From the NCBI GenBank assembly GCA_963674825.1, contig OY771587.1, positions 64,001 through 128,000 of the forward strand: DNA of 64,000 nt, read 5' to 3'. Below are positions 8,173 to 17,394 of the stretch, one piece after another. Source of the stretch: Candidatus Cloacimonadales bacterium (GTDB taxonomy: Bacteria > Cloacimonadota > Cloacimonadia > Cloacimonadales > JAIOQZ01). The first letter of the stretch is position 1, and the number at the start of each line of letters is the position of its first letter. The translations under genes were made by a program, and so were the position numbers. Below the pieces are notes generated by a model. It saw only the letters and a program-made list of their open reading frames with translations. It was not told the origin of the DNA and searched no databases.

Positions 8173-9048
8173 TTAAATCAGTTTATAATCTTTGAGAACC
8201 TTCTCCAGACGTTTTACCTTATCGTCATCCATGGGAGCTAACGGAAGCCGGATTTCGTCTTCGATCATACCCATCATCGCCAGCGCGGTTTTCACTGGGA
8301 TGGGGTTGGTATCGAAGAACATCGCAGCGTTGATCTCGATCAGCTCCTGGTGCAATTTCAACGCAGTTGCGTAATCACCCTTCAGGCAGGTTTCGGTCAT
8401 GTCGCTAACCTTTTTCGGCATCACATTCGCTGTAACCGAGATAACGCCCTTCGCTCCGCAGGCCATCAGTGGCATGTTGAGCGCATCTTCGCCGGACATC
8501 ACGGAAAAGTCGTCGCGTGTGTCGCGAGCAACGATGGAAGCCTTAATCAGGTCAGCACTCGCTGCTTTGAGCCCGATGATTCGCGGACATTCGTTAGCAA
8601 GCCGGAGGATTGTTTCGGTCGCCATGTTGACGCCGGTACGCCCCGGAACATTGTAAATGACAATAGGGATATCGGTCTGGTCGTGAACTTCTTTAAAGAA
8701 GCGATAGAGCCCTTCTTGATTGGGTTTGTTGTAGTAGGGTGTGATAACCAGCGCATACTGCACGCCGTAGTCTTTTGCACGGGCGGTCGCGGAGACGGTA
8801 TTGCCCAAGCTGTTTGTGCCGGTACCGAGCATGATCGGCAGCTTGCCGTCGATACGCTGTACACAGAAACGAACCATGCGATCTTTTTCATCGCTCGCCA
8901 GCGCAGGCGATTCACCCGTGGTTCCGTTCAGAAGGATGCCATGGGTGCCGTTTTGAAGGTGAAAATCGATCAGTTTTTCGAGGGCGTTGTAATCGATGCC
9001 ATTCTTTTTAAAAGGCGTAACGAGCGCTACGTAGGAACCTTGCAGCAT
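8173..9048 (-). CDS. dapA: 4-hydroxy-tetrahydrodipicolinate synthase
   Basis: GSYVALVTPF, NGTTGES, PYYNKP, IYNVPGRTG, GLK, NPIPVK. Confidence 0.97.
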   Translation of the reverse strand: MLQGSYVALVTPFKKNGIDYNALEKLIDFHLQNGTHGILLNGTTGESPALASDEKDRMVRFCVQRIDGKLPIMLGTGTNSLGNTVSATARAKDYGVQYALVITPYYNKPNQEGLYRFFKEVHDQTDIPIVIYNVPGRTGVNMATETILRLANECPRIIGLKAASADLIKASIVARDTRDDFSVMSGEDALNMPLMACGAKGVISVTANVMPKKVSDMTETCLKGDYATALKLHQELIEINAAMFFDTNPIPVKTALAMMGMIEDEIRLPLAPMDDDKVKRLEKVLKDYKLI

Positions 9049-9060
9049 GTATCCTCCTTG

Positions 9061-9558
9061 TTATCGGGGTGTTCCGCCGTCAAAGCCGATCTGACGCCAG
9101 GCTTCGTAGAGAATGACGGCGACACTGTTGGACAGATTGATGGACCGTATCGCGTCCGTCATCGGAACTCTGATGTTCCGTTCACGGTACGCGTCGAGAA
9201 GCTTTTCGGGTAGCCCGGAGGTCTCAGGACCAAAGACAAATACATCGCCCTGACGGTAGTCGAAGGCAGTATAAGACGTTTTTGATTTTGTGGTACAGAG
9301 GAAAATTCTGTCAACTGGAAATTGCTCCACGCAGGCCTTAAAAGAGTCGTGCAGAACGGGATCCAGTTCGTGCCAGTAATCTAATCCTGCTCGTTTCAAA
9401 TACTTATCGGTTATCAGGAAGCGCATGGGTTTGATGATATGAAGCCGTGCATTCATTCCCAGGCATAGCCGGCCGATATTGCCGGTGTTGGATGGGATCT
9501 CGGGACGATACAGCACCACATGGAAGTTTGGAGCGGCTACTTCCACTCTTTCTCCCAC
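9061..9558 (-). CDS. trmL: tRNA (cytidine/uridine-2'-O)-methyltransferase TrmL
   Basis: PEIPSNTGNIGRLC, RAGLDYW, FGPETSGL, RSINLSNSVA (SPOUT). Exact start uncertain. Confidence 0.93.
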   Translation of the reverse strand: MGERVEVAAPNFHVVLYRPEIPSNTGNIGRLCLGMNARLHIIKPMRFLITDKYLKRAGLDYWHELDPVLHDSFKACVEQFPVDRIFLCTTKSKTSYTAFDYRQGDVFVFGPETSGLPEKLLDAYRERNIRVPMTDAIRSINLSNSVAVILYEAWRQIGFDGGTPR

Positions 9559-10553
9559 TTGCGGCGAAGGTAGTCCTCTGTCATATTCTCATCCTTGCCC
9601 CACTTGCGCGAAAAATCTTTCACCGGCAGTTCAACGACTTTGAACGCCTCCGGTAATTCAACCTTCTCGTGGATGGGGAATTTCCAGGCATGCTTCGGGA
9701 TTTGCTTCTGGAAAGGCTTGCTCATCATATACTCGATATAGCGCTTTGCGAGATCGTTATGGCGAGCCCCACGTACAACCGCGGCACATTCGTAGATCTG
9801 ATATCCGCCTTCCTGAAGATTGTAAAGCTTGTAGCGATCAGATTCGCCATCCGCATATAGCCGCGCATAGCGTGTAAGTTCGACCATCGAGATCGTTGCT
9901 TCACCCGCCATAAAGCGATTGAAAGCATCCTCTTCCGAATCGGTCATCATCCTGATATTCGGCTTCATGCTGCGCCAGATTTTGGGAAAACCGAAGACAT
10001 TGCCAAATGCAGCCGTGAAGCGGTAGAATCCCTTACCGATATTTGTCGTGAAAGGATCCGGAATGATGATGGAATCCTTCCAGTCATGATCGGTAATCTG
10101 GCCGAATGTGGTCGGCGGATTCGGCGTGGCTTCCGTATCGTAAATGAAACCCACATAGGTGTATTCGTAAGGCGTCATATAGCCTTCGGCATCGACTCGA
10201 TGCTTTACCGGTACCGCGTATTCGCGCTCCGGGATAAACGGAATCAGCACACTATCCGCCATCGCAAGCTCTTGAAACACATCTCCCAGCCCCACCACAA
10301 GGTCAGATTGCGGATGCTCCTTTTCCGCTCGTAACGTATCCAGAAGCGCTCCGGCGTTTTCGGTTACGCGAAAGAAAATCTTGCACTTGTGCTTACTCTC
10401 GAATTCAGCGCGGGTAAGTTCACCCAGTGTATCGACGTAATTGCGCGTCGCCAGGATATTGAAGACAGCCACACGCTGTTTCTGTTCCTGCTGTTGTCCG
10501 CATGAGACCAGCAGGATTGCAATCGAGATAATTATCAATATCTTGCGCATCAA
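9537..10553 (-). CDS. Thiamine-binding-protein-like ABC substrate-binding lipoprotein (TbpA/ThiB family)
   Basis: Lipobox LLVSC; EFE...CKI...GALL, DLVVG, PYEYTY, PDPFT, EGGYQIYE and FQ...WKFP resemble ThiB. Confidence 0.75.
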   Translation of the reverse strand: MMRKILIIISIAILLVSCGQQQEQKQRVAVFNILATRNYVDTLGELTRAEFESKHKCKIFFRVTENAGALLDTLRAEKEHPQSDLVVGLGDVFQELAMADSVLIPFIPEREYAVPVKHRVDAEGYMTPYEYTYVGFIYDTEATPNPPTTFGQITDHDWKDSIIIPDPFTTNIGKGFYRFTAAFGNVFGFPKIWRSMKPNIRMMTDSEEDAFNRFMAGEATISMVELTRYARLYADGESDRYKLYNLQEGGYQIYECAAVVRGARHNDLAKRYIEYMMSKPFQKQIPKHAWKFPIHEKVELPEAFKVVELPVKDFSRKWGKDENMTEDYLRRKWEKEWK

Positions 10554-11299
10554 ACTCCTCCAAACAGAACGGATGCGACAACAAAGTCCATCAGCAGAAT
10601 CAATATCGATGTATAGACCACAGTCAACGTCGATGCACGGCCCACACCCTCAGCGCCGTTTGCCGCTCGGGAACCTATAAAACAGCCTATCGTAGTGATG
10701 ATCAGACCGAAGACAAACGCTTTAACCAGTCCGCCCCAAAGATCAGGAGAATCGAACATTCTGCGCATGTTGTTGAAAAACTCGAAAGTACTGATTCCAT
10801 AGCGGAACCTCGCCACCAGATAACCGGAAACGATTCCGATGAAATTCGAATAGATCGTAAGCATCGGCAGAACGATCATTCCTGCAATCACGCGCGGAAG
10901 ATAGAGGAAATCGACCGGATCGATAGCAAGCGATTCCAGAGCGTCAAGCTGCTCACTAACCTTCATGGTGCCGATCTCCGCCGCAATGGATGCACCTACG
11001 CGTCCGGCAAGAACAAGCGCGGTGAGAACCGGTGCGAGCTCGATCATCATCGATTTGCCTACCATCACGCCGATGAGCTCCGTCGGGATATAGCCACTGG
11101 TCTGATAGGATGCTTGTAGTGCAGTGACCATACCGGTGAAACCCGAGGTGACAGTGATGAGCAGGATGGAATCGAAGCCCATTCGCTTGACCTGTGTTAT
11201 AATCTGATAGGAGCGTTTAGGCAATTGGGGTATATGGAAAATCAGTGATTCGATAAAGAGGACGAATGCGCCGATTTTACTGAAGAAAGTGCGTATCAT
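10550..11299 (-). CDS. mlaE: MlaE family ABC transporter permease
   Basis: ELAPVLTALVLAGRVGASIAAEIGTMKVSEQLDAL; LVKAFVFG; GAEGVGRAST. Confidence 0.92.
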   Translation of the reverse strand: MIRTFFSKIGAFVLFIESLIFHIPQLPKRSYQIITQVKRMGFDSILLITVTSGFTGMVTALQASYQTSGYIPTELIGVMVGKSMMIELAPVLTALVLAGRVGASIAAEIGTMKVSEQLDALESLAIDPVDFLYLPRVIAGMIVLPMLTIYSNFIGIVSGYLVARFRYGISTFEFFNNMRRMFDSPDLWGGLVKAFVFGLIITTIGCFIGSRAANGAEGVGRASTLTVVYTSILILLMDFVVASVLFGGV

Positions 11300-12666
11300 C
11301 GAAGTGGATCGTAATTACGGAAACTGACGATCTCGCCGATGAATTCAAGCTTCACCGTTCCGATCGCGCCATGACGGTTCTTCCCGATGATAATCTCGGC
11401 AAGCCCCAGATCTTCCGAATCTTTGTTGTAGTATTCGTCGCGATAGATAAACATCACGATGTCCGCATCCTGCTCGATCGCACCCGATTCACGGAGGTCG
11501 GCGAGGCGAGGTCGCTTGTCGTCGCGGTTTTCCAAGCCACGGTTGAGCTGCGAAAGTGCGATTACCGGCAAGCTGAGTTCTTTGGCGAGCACCTTGAGCG
11601 CACGAGAGATCTCTGAGATCTCCTGCTGACGGCTATCGCGGTTTCGCTTGGACGACATAAGCTGTAGGTAGTCGATTACAATCAGGTCGAGACCGCCCAG
11701 TTCCGCTTTGAGTCGACGGCACTTGGCACGGATGTCCAGCGCTGTGTTGGAACCGGAGTCGTCGATATAGATGTGCTTACCATGAAAAGCGTCGGCAACG
11801 CGAGTGATCTCGCGCAGCTTGTCCTGCGTCATGCCGTAGCCCTTGAGCATGTTGTCCATGCTGACCTCGGAGTTCGAAGAGAGCATACGCATGAGAAGCT
11901 CTTCGGCTTCCATCTCCATGGTGAAGATGGCTACCTTGAGGTTGTGATGCACCGCCGCGTTAAACCCGATATTCAGGGCGAACGCAGATTTACCCATCGC
12001 AGGACGGGCAGCGAGAACGATGAATTGACCGCTGCGGAAACCGCCGGTTGCCTTATCGAGGTCGTAAAAACCGGTGGGGACGCCCAAGACATTGGTCTTG
12101 TTGGCTGCGACATCCTCGATGTTCTGCAGAGTTTCGGGGATAATATCGGTGACCTTGACGAACGTCTTGAGGTTGGAGCGTTCGGCTATACTGAAGATGC
12201 CCTGTTCCGCTTCGTCGATGATATCATCGACCGGCAGATTCTGGTTGTAAGCACTCTCGATAATCTCGGTGCTTCTCTGGATCAACATTCGGAGCAGCGC
12301 TTTTTCGAGGACAATATTGGCGTGGTACTCGATATTCGCACCACTGAGCACAACGTCCGACAGCTCGATAATATACTGTTTTCCGCCTGCTTTCTCCAGC
12401 ATGTTGGCGGTCTCGACGCCCTTGCGAGTCTTGATTTCAGTGCGTTCAAGCCGGTTCATCAGCGTGATGACGTCGATCTCGGTGTTGTCCTCAAACAGCT
12501 CGCTGATAGCACGGAAAATATACTTGTGCGGTGTATGATAAAAATGCTCTTCACCCAGCTTTTCGATCGCCTTGGCTACTGCGGAGGGATCGATAAGCAT
12601 CGCGGAAAGCACGGCAGCTTCGGCGTTGAGATCCTTGGGGAGGGTGCGCTCCACTTTGGGTGGCAT
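11296..12666 (-). CDS. dnaB: Replicative DNA helicase
   Basis: AARPAMGKS Walker A, IDYLQL, LSQLNR, DLRESGAIEQDAD, KNRHG. Confidence 0.98.
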   Translation of the reverse strand: MPPKVERTLPKDLNAEAAVLSAMLIDPSAVAKAIEKLGEEHFYHTPHKYIFRAISELFEDNTEIDVITLMNRLERTEIKTRKGVETANMLEKAGGKQYIIELSDVVLSGANIEYHANIVLEKALLRMLIQRSTEIIESAYNQNLPVDDIIDEAEQGIFSIAERSNLKTFVKVTDIIPETLQNIEDVAANKTNVLGVPTGFYDLDKATGGFRSGQFIVLAARPAMGKSAFALNIGFNAAVHHNLKVAIFTMEMEAEELLMRMLSSNSEVSMDNMLKGYGMTQDKLREITRVADAFHGKHIYIDDSGSNTALDIRAKCRRLKAELGGLDLIVIDYLQLMSSKRNRDSRQQEISEISRALKVLAKELSLPVIALSQLNRGLENRDDKRPRLADLRESGAIEQDADIVMFIYRDEYYNKDSEDLGLAEIIIGKNRHGAIGTVKLEFIGEIVSFRNYDPLR

Positions 12667-12680
12667 ATTGACTCCTGAAA

Positions 12681-13361
12681 TTACAATGCGTTATAGACAT
12701 CCCGGATGCGCTGTAAATCGACCCAGGCGGCTTTTTTAAAGCTGGGATTTCGCAGAAGCGCTGCCGGGTGATAGGTCGCAAACGTGCGGATGCCGCGATA
12801 CTGATGCTCGCCCTGGCGCATGTTGCTGAGCGTCGCGTGCGTTTCCAGCAGAGCCTGCGCGGCAACACGTCCCAGAAGGACAATAATCTGCGGTTTGATG
12901 ATATCGATCTGCTGGTCGAGCAGCGGACGGCATGCAGCTACTTCTTCCGGGTTGGGATCGCGGTTGTTAGGCGGTCGGCATTTGACCATGTTGCCGATGA
13001 AAATATCTTCGCGCTTGATGTTAATAGCAGCCAGCATCTTGTCCAGAAGCTGACCGGCAGCTCCGACGAACGGCTTGCCAACGCGGTCTTCGTTTGCGCC
13101 GGGTCCCTCGCCGATGAGCATCATCTTTGCGCGGGGATTACCGGCACCATATACGAATTTATTCCGACCTTCCGAAAGCACGCACTTTGTGCAGTTGCGG
13201 TTTGCCTCTTCAAGCCGGGCAAGCACTTCACCAGGTTCGCCGGTTACTGGCACCGTAGCAGGTTGCAGCGCTTGTTCGAAGACGCTTTTATCGATGAATA
13301 CTTCGTCGATGCCCGAAACCTTCAAATAGTCCAGGTAGTTCCGGATCGATTTCCGTATCAT
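12681..13361 (-). CDS. Uracil-DNA glycosylase family 4
   Basis: CTKCVL, IGEGPG, PFVGAAG, NMVKCRPP, TYHPAALLRNP. Confidence 0.95.
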   Translation of the reverse strand: MIRKSIRNYLDYLKVSGIDEVFIDKSVFEQALQPATVPVTGEPGEVLARLEEANRNCTKCVLSEGRNKFVYGAGNPRAKMMLIGEGPGANEDRVGKPFVGAAGQLLDKMLAAINIKREDIFIGNMVKCRPPNNRDPNPEEVAACRPLLDQQIDIIKPQIIVLLGRVAAQALLETHATLSNMRQGEHQYRGIRTFATYHPAALLRNPSFKKAAWVDLQRIRDVYNAL

Positions 13362-13373
13362 GATGTTAGAGCG

Positions 13374-13595
13374 CTATTCCGTTTCGAGTTCCGACTCGAG
13401 AGGCTCGTCCGCGATATAATCCGGGATTTCGTTTTCCGCTACGTGCTCAAGAGCGATCGCGGTAAGCTTTTCGTCGAATTTATCCTTAACTGTGGATGGC
13501 AGATCGCTCAATCTTCTTACTTCAAGGTTGGCAAGCTGCAGGAATAAATAGTTCATATTGTTTCTTTCGAGAAATTGGTCAACTTTCGGATTCAC
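13374..13595 (-). CDS. rpoZ: Probable divergent RNA polymerase omega subunit
   Basis: GTG start at 13595 after GGAGG, overlapping the gmk end. 73 aa with NYLFLQLANLEVRRL and KLTAIALEHVAENEI, resembling omega motifs; canonical gmk-rpoZ position. Confidence 0.6.
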   Translation of the reverse strand: MNPKVDQFLERNNMNYLFLQLANLEVRRLSDLPSTVKDKFDEKLTAIALEHVAENEIPDYIADEPLESELETE

Positions 13596-14229
13596 GATCC
13601 GTACCTCCGTAGAATTTATCTTCAATATTACGATACCGGCTAATCCGGCATTCTTCAGCCCGAATAATCGATTCAACTTCGAGAATCGCGTCTTCCAGGT
13701 CGTCATTCACCACCAAGTAATCGAAATGGTTCCGGTGCTCCAGTTCCATCCTGGCATTTTCGAGCCTGAGCGCGATAGTCTCTGCGGAATCGGTTCCGCG
13801 CTTTGTCAGCCGGTCTTCCAGCGTTGCGAGATCGGGCGGTATCATGAAAATCGTGACCATCGGCAAACCGCTTCGCATTACCGAAAGCGCACCTTGAACA
13901 TCGATATCCAGGATTACATGCCGTCCCTGCAAGAGCTGGCCGGTGATATAATCACGCGAGGTGCCGTACATGTTGCCGTGCACCTCTGCGTGTTCTAAAA
14001 AACGTTTCTCCTCGAGCAGCCTGTCAAATTCCTCGCGATCGAGGAAGAAATAATCCAAGCCATCCTGTTCCGCACCGCGCGGTTTACGCGTGGTGTAGGA
14101 GATCGAATAGACGATCGGAATCGCGTCTTCCCGGCGGCGCTGCATCACCTGGCGCAGAACCGTCGATTTGCCGCCTCCCGAAGGCGCGATCAAGATGATG
14201 AGAAAGCTGCTTCGCGGACAATCGGTCAT
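13579..14229 (-). CDS. gmk: Guanylate kinase
   Basis: APSGGGKST, SYTTRKPR, DYFF, YGTS, LDIDVQGA, RGTDS. Confidence 0.97.
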   Translation of the reverse strand: MTDCPRSSFLIILIAPSGGGKSTVLRQVMQRRREDAIPIVYSISYTTRKPRGAEQDGLDYFFLDREEFDRLLEEKRFLEHAEVHGNMYGTSRDYITGQLLQGRHVILDIDVQGALSVMRSGLPMVTIFMIPPDLATLEDRLTKRGTDSAETIALRLENARMELEHRNHFDYLVVNDDLEDAILEVESIIRAEECRISRYRNIEDKFYGGTDRESES

Positions 14230-14232
14230 GAT

Positions 14233-14610
14233 TTATTCTTCGATCATTTCCTTGTAATCTTCAGCATCCATAAGTTCGTCCAGCTCGCTGGGATCGGACA
14301 TCTTGATCTTGATGATCCAGCCCTTGTCGAACGCGGATTTGTTGATCAGTTCAGGCTCGTCTTCCAGCGCTTCGTTCACAGCGATAACTTCGCCCGAAAC
14401 GGGACAGATCAGGTCTTCAACAGCTTTCACGGCTTCAACGGAACCAAACGCTTCTCCAGCTTCGATTTCGTCTTCAACTTCCGGAAGCTCAACATAAACG
14501 ATATCACCAAGCTCGTGCTGCGCGAAATCGGTAATGCCGATAACAGCATTGCCGCCTTCTTTTTTCACCCATTCGTGCGATTCTGTGTAGTAAAGACCTT
14601 TCTTGACCAT
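14233..14610 (-). CDS. gcvH: Glycine cleavage system H protein
   Basis: YTESHEW, GITDFAQHELGDIV, VEAVKA (lipoyl-Lys), PVSGEV. Confidence 0.97.
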   Translation of the reverse strand: MVKKGLYYTESHEWVKKEGGNAVIGITDFAQHELGDIVYVELPEVEDEIEAGEAFGSVEAVKAVEDLICPVSGEVIAVNEALEDEPELINKSAFDKGWIIKIKMSDPSELDELMDAEDYKEMIEE

Positions 14611-14740
14611 TTGTTCCTCCAGAACATCTTATTTTATAGCACACAGATATTTAGCGTATCGTATCAATCAAATCAAGTGCGCAGTGGTGTCAAGAAATTC
14701 CTGTCAGAATGTTGTGGTTATTCGTGCTGCTCCTTCTCTA

Positions 14741-14989
14741 TGTCATCCCGAGCAGCGCAACGCGCGTAGCGATGGAGAAGGCAGATAGTTAATAATTCCA
14801 GGATTTGTACAAAAACTAACAAGACGTCTGCGTACCATGGAGAGAAATGCCAAGCTGGGGCTTGGCGCTCCAAAGGGAATAGATATGCAGGCAGTTTGGA
14901 AGATTCGAATTTCATGCAAATTCACAAGTGCCTGCGGTCCATGAGAAAAATTGAAAAGAGATACGGACGAGGACGTCCGCGTTCCCAGG
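14741..14989. repeat. Intergenic cluster of mixed REP-type palindromes
   Basis: GCCAAGCTGGGGCTTGGCGCTCCAA at 14844-14877 (same family as the RAYT flanks); GGACGAGGACGTCCGCGTTCCCAGG at 14963-14989; TGTCATCCCGAGC... at 14741. Confidence 0.7.
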
Positions 14990-14994
14990 GCATT

Positions 14995-15028
14995 AAAAAA
15001 GCCCCTCTCCTCTTACGAGGAAAGGGGC
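14995..15028 (-). terminator. Rho-independent terminator of the dsbD-Omp28 cluster
   Basis: Minus strand reads GCCCCTTTCCTC-GTAA-GAGGAGAGGGGC-TTTTTT, about 30 nt after the stop at 15061. Confidence 0.85.
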
Positions 15029-15060
15029 AATACTTCGGTTTGACTATGTCAAATCCGAAA

Positions 15061-17310
15061 CTATTTGATCAGCGCCATCTTTTGGATTGCGCTGCCGGTC
15101 TTTGTGGTCAGGCGAGCGAAGTAGATACCGCTCGAGACTTTCTTACCGTTATCGTCGTGACCATTCCAAACAACACTGGTTCCAGATTCGACCACGTCGT
15201 TATCGACGAGGGTACGAATCAGCTGACCCTTGATATTGTAAACAGCAAGGGTAATCGGCTGGTTGTCCGGGATGTTGAGCGAAATGGAGGTCTCAGGATT
15301 GAACGGGTTGGGATAAACCGCGATGGAAAGACCGTTCACTTCGGGAGCAATCGGATCTTCTTCGCTATCCATCCAGGGATTACCCATTCCACCGTAAGCA
15401 CCCATATCGGCTACAAGCGTGCCCATGGCAGGCCAGAGCGGTGAACCGGAGTTATCCGGATCTTCCATGTCTTGCTGATCGCCATTGGGATCGCCAGCAT
15501 CGATACAAGGTGACTCATCGGTCAGATACCATTCTGCTGCAAGGATATCATCAACGATACCAGCTTCGGCAGTTGGATTCGCGAAGAGCGGGTCCGCATC
15601 GATATTGCCGGTTCCGTCGTAGCCACCCGAAATACAGTTGTAGGTAGCGTAGAAATCGCCAAGCAGGTCGAGGAGCGGATCGTCTTCACCGATGATGATA
15701 TTGTTGGTGAGGGTCATATCCGAGTTGTACAGGAAGATGGTAGCGCCAGAGCTTCCTGCGCAGAGGTTGTTCGCGATGGTGTTATTGATAAGCACCGGAG
15801 CCGAATTCTCACGAGCACTGATCGCGCCAGACTGGTTAGCCTGGTTGTTCACGATGAAGTTGTTCGAAAGAACGGGCGAGGATGTTTCCATACCGATCGC
15901 ACCGGCAAGCGAACCGCCATTGTTGTTACCGAAGAAGCTCTTGCTGATAGAGACATCACCGGCGTTCAACATCTGGATCGCACCGCCCTGATCGGAAGCT
16001 GTGTTGCCGATGAAGCGGCAGTTCTGGATATCCACACCGGATTCTTCGATATAGATCGCGCTTTCGTCCGCGTTGTAGAACTCGCAGTTGTAAAGCATTG
16101 AAGTATTCTGGTTTGCGCCGATGAAATCGACACCGTTCCAAGTGTTGCGATCCGGTGTATTGAACATGATGGCGTCATCATCGGTAGCGTCAGCGATCAG
16201 CGTACCATTGACGATCATTCCGGTACCGGTCTGGCCGGTGATAACCGTACCCGGCTCGATAACGAGCTGAGATCCGGCTGGAACAACGATATCGCCAAGC
16301 AAGTGATACTCGCCGTACTGGGGATCCCAGTGACCGGCTACGTTACCGTAGATATTGCCAGTGTCCATCACATAGACGTAATCTTCCATGGTGATGGTGT
16401 CTGTTTGCTCACCGTCGGAAACGGTAAGGGATACAGTGTAAGAACCCGGTTCGGTATAAACCCATGCCGGATCTTCTTCTTCGCTATCGATTTCGCCGTC
16501 GCCGTCGAAATCCCATTCCCATGATACGAGGCCACCAGGAGGCATCGAAAGGCTGGTGAACTGAACGCCCAGCGCGGGAGGTCCGGACACAACGTCCGCC
16601 GTGAAATTCGCGCCAAACTGCATCAGTTCGCTCATCGCTGCCTGATGGATGGTGTGATCGCCGGAGATCGTCTGAATCAGAACGACGCCGCGGAGATCAT
16701 CAACACTGTCATATTCGAAATCGGCTCCAAGTGTCGCAGAGTAGGTTCCGGTCTCGCCTGTAACGGAGAGATCGAAATCCTGTGCTTCATAGCGACGCAC
16801 AACACAGAAGTAGTCGTCTGTATAATGCTGAGTGACGATGAACATGATCTTGTTGTTGTCCGTATCGATATCTCCAGTCATCAGAACATCAGCCTGAATC
16901 AGGAAGTTATCGGGATCGGACTGAACAAAAGCAACATTGATTTCCGCCGGAGCATCGTTACCGATTATCTGGTTGTATTTAACCAGATAACGCGGATAGG
17001 TCGTTCCGCCACCGACGTCTTCAAGGTAACCGCCGAACTGCGCATGCGGGATACCGCTTACGCCGTACATGCTTCCACGAGGGCTATAGTTAGGGCTCGT
17101 GGGGCAGGTTGCCTCATTGGTTCCACCATTCCAGATCAAAGGGATAACATTCTCGTTATCCGTGTTCAATTGAAGCAGCCCAGACCGAGCTGCGGGACAG
17201 TAGCCGCACCATGTCTGCGTAAACACTTCGCCGACCACCTGTATCTGGGTAGCCATTGCAAGTGACGCAGCAAGGAGCAGCAGCAAGAAGACGACTAATC
17301 TTCTAGACAT
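15061..17310 (-). CDS. Secreted multidomain protein: Omp28-like thioredoxin (WCGYC) + PKD + right-handed beta-helix + FlgD-Ig/T9SS-like CTD
   Basis: Signal peptide; EVFTQTWCGYCP...GIPH; PKD WEWDFDGDG...PGSYTVSLTV; N-rich beta-helix repeats; YPNPFNPETSI...YNIKGQ...WNGHDDNGKKVSSGIYF...KMALIK. Confidence 0.85.
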   Translation of the reverse strand: MSRRLVVFLLLLLAASLAMATQIQVVGEVFTQTWCGYCPAARSGLLQLNTDNENVIPLIWNGGTNEATCPTSPNYSPRGSMYGVSGIPHAQFGGYLEDVGGGTTYPRYLVKYNQIIGNDAPAEINVAFVQSDPDNFLIQADVLMTGDIDTDNNKIMFIVTQHYTDDYFCVVRRYEAQDFDLSVTGETGTYSATLGADFEYDSVDDLRGVVLIQTISGDHTIHQAAMSELMQFGANFTADVVSGPPALGVQFTSLSMPPGGLVSWEWDFDGDGEIDSEEEDPAWVYTEPGSYTVSLTVSDGEQTDTITMEDYVYVMDTGNIYGNVAGHWDPQYGEYHLLGDIVVPAGSQLVIEPGTVITGQTGTGMIVNGTLIADATDDDAIMFNTPDRNTWNGVDFIGANQNTSMLYNCEFYNADESAIYIEESGVDIQNCRFIGNTASDQGGAIQMLNAGDVSISKSFFGNNNGGSLAGAIGMETSSPVLSNNFIVNNQANQSGAISARENSAPVLINNTIANNLCAGSSGATIFLYNSDMTLTNNIIIGEDDPLLDLLGDFYATYNCISGGYDGTGNIDADPLFANPTAEAGIVDDILAAEWYLTDESPCIDAGDPNGDQQDMEDPDNSGSPLWPAMGTLVADMGAYGGMGNPWMDSEEDPIAPEVNGLSIAVYPNPFNPETSISLNIPDNQPITLAVYNIKGQLIRTLVDNDVVESGTSVVWNGHDDNGKKVSSGIYFARLTTKTGSAIQKMALIK

Positions 17311-17394
17311 CAAGTTCCTCCTTACGTTGCTGTTACGTTCTACGTAATAGTATATTTATTATGCAGAAATTTCAAAGATCGTTGCCGGAGGCCG

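Noticed and set aside
11296..12666. Intein in DnaB
   Set aside because: Length is normal (456 aa); there is only a short insertion (about TEIKTRKGVETAN) in the N-domain and no splicing motifs.
13596..13706. N-terminal extension of ORF 13374..13706
   Set aside because: It lies within gmk; a strong SD supports the GTG at 13595.
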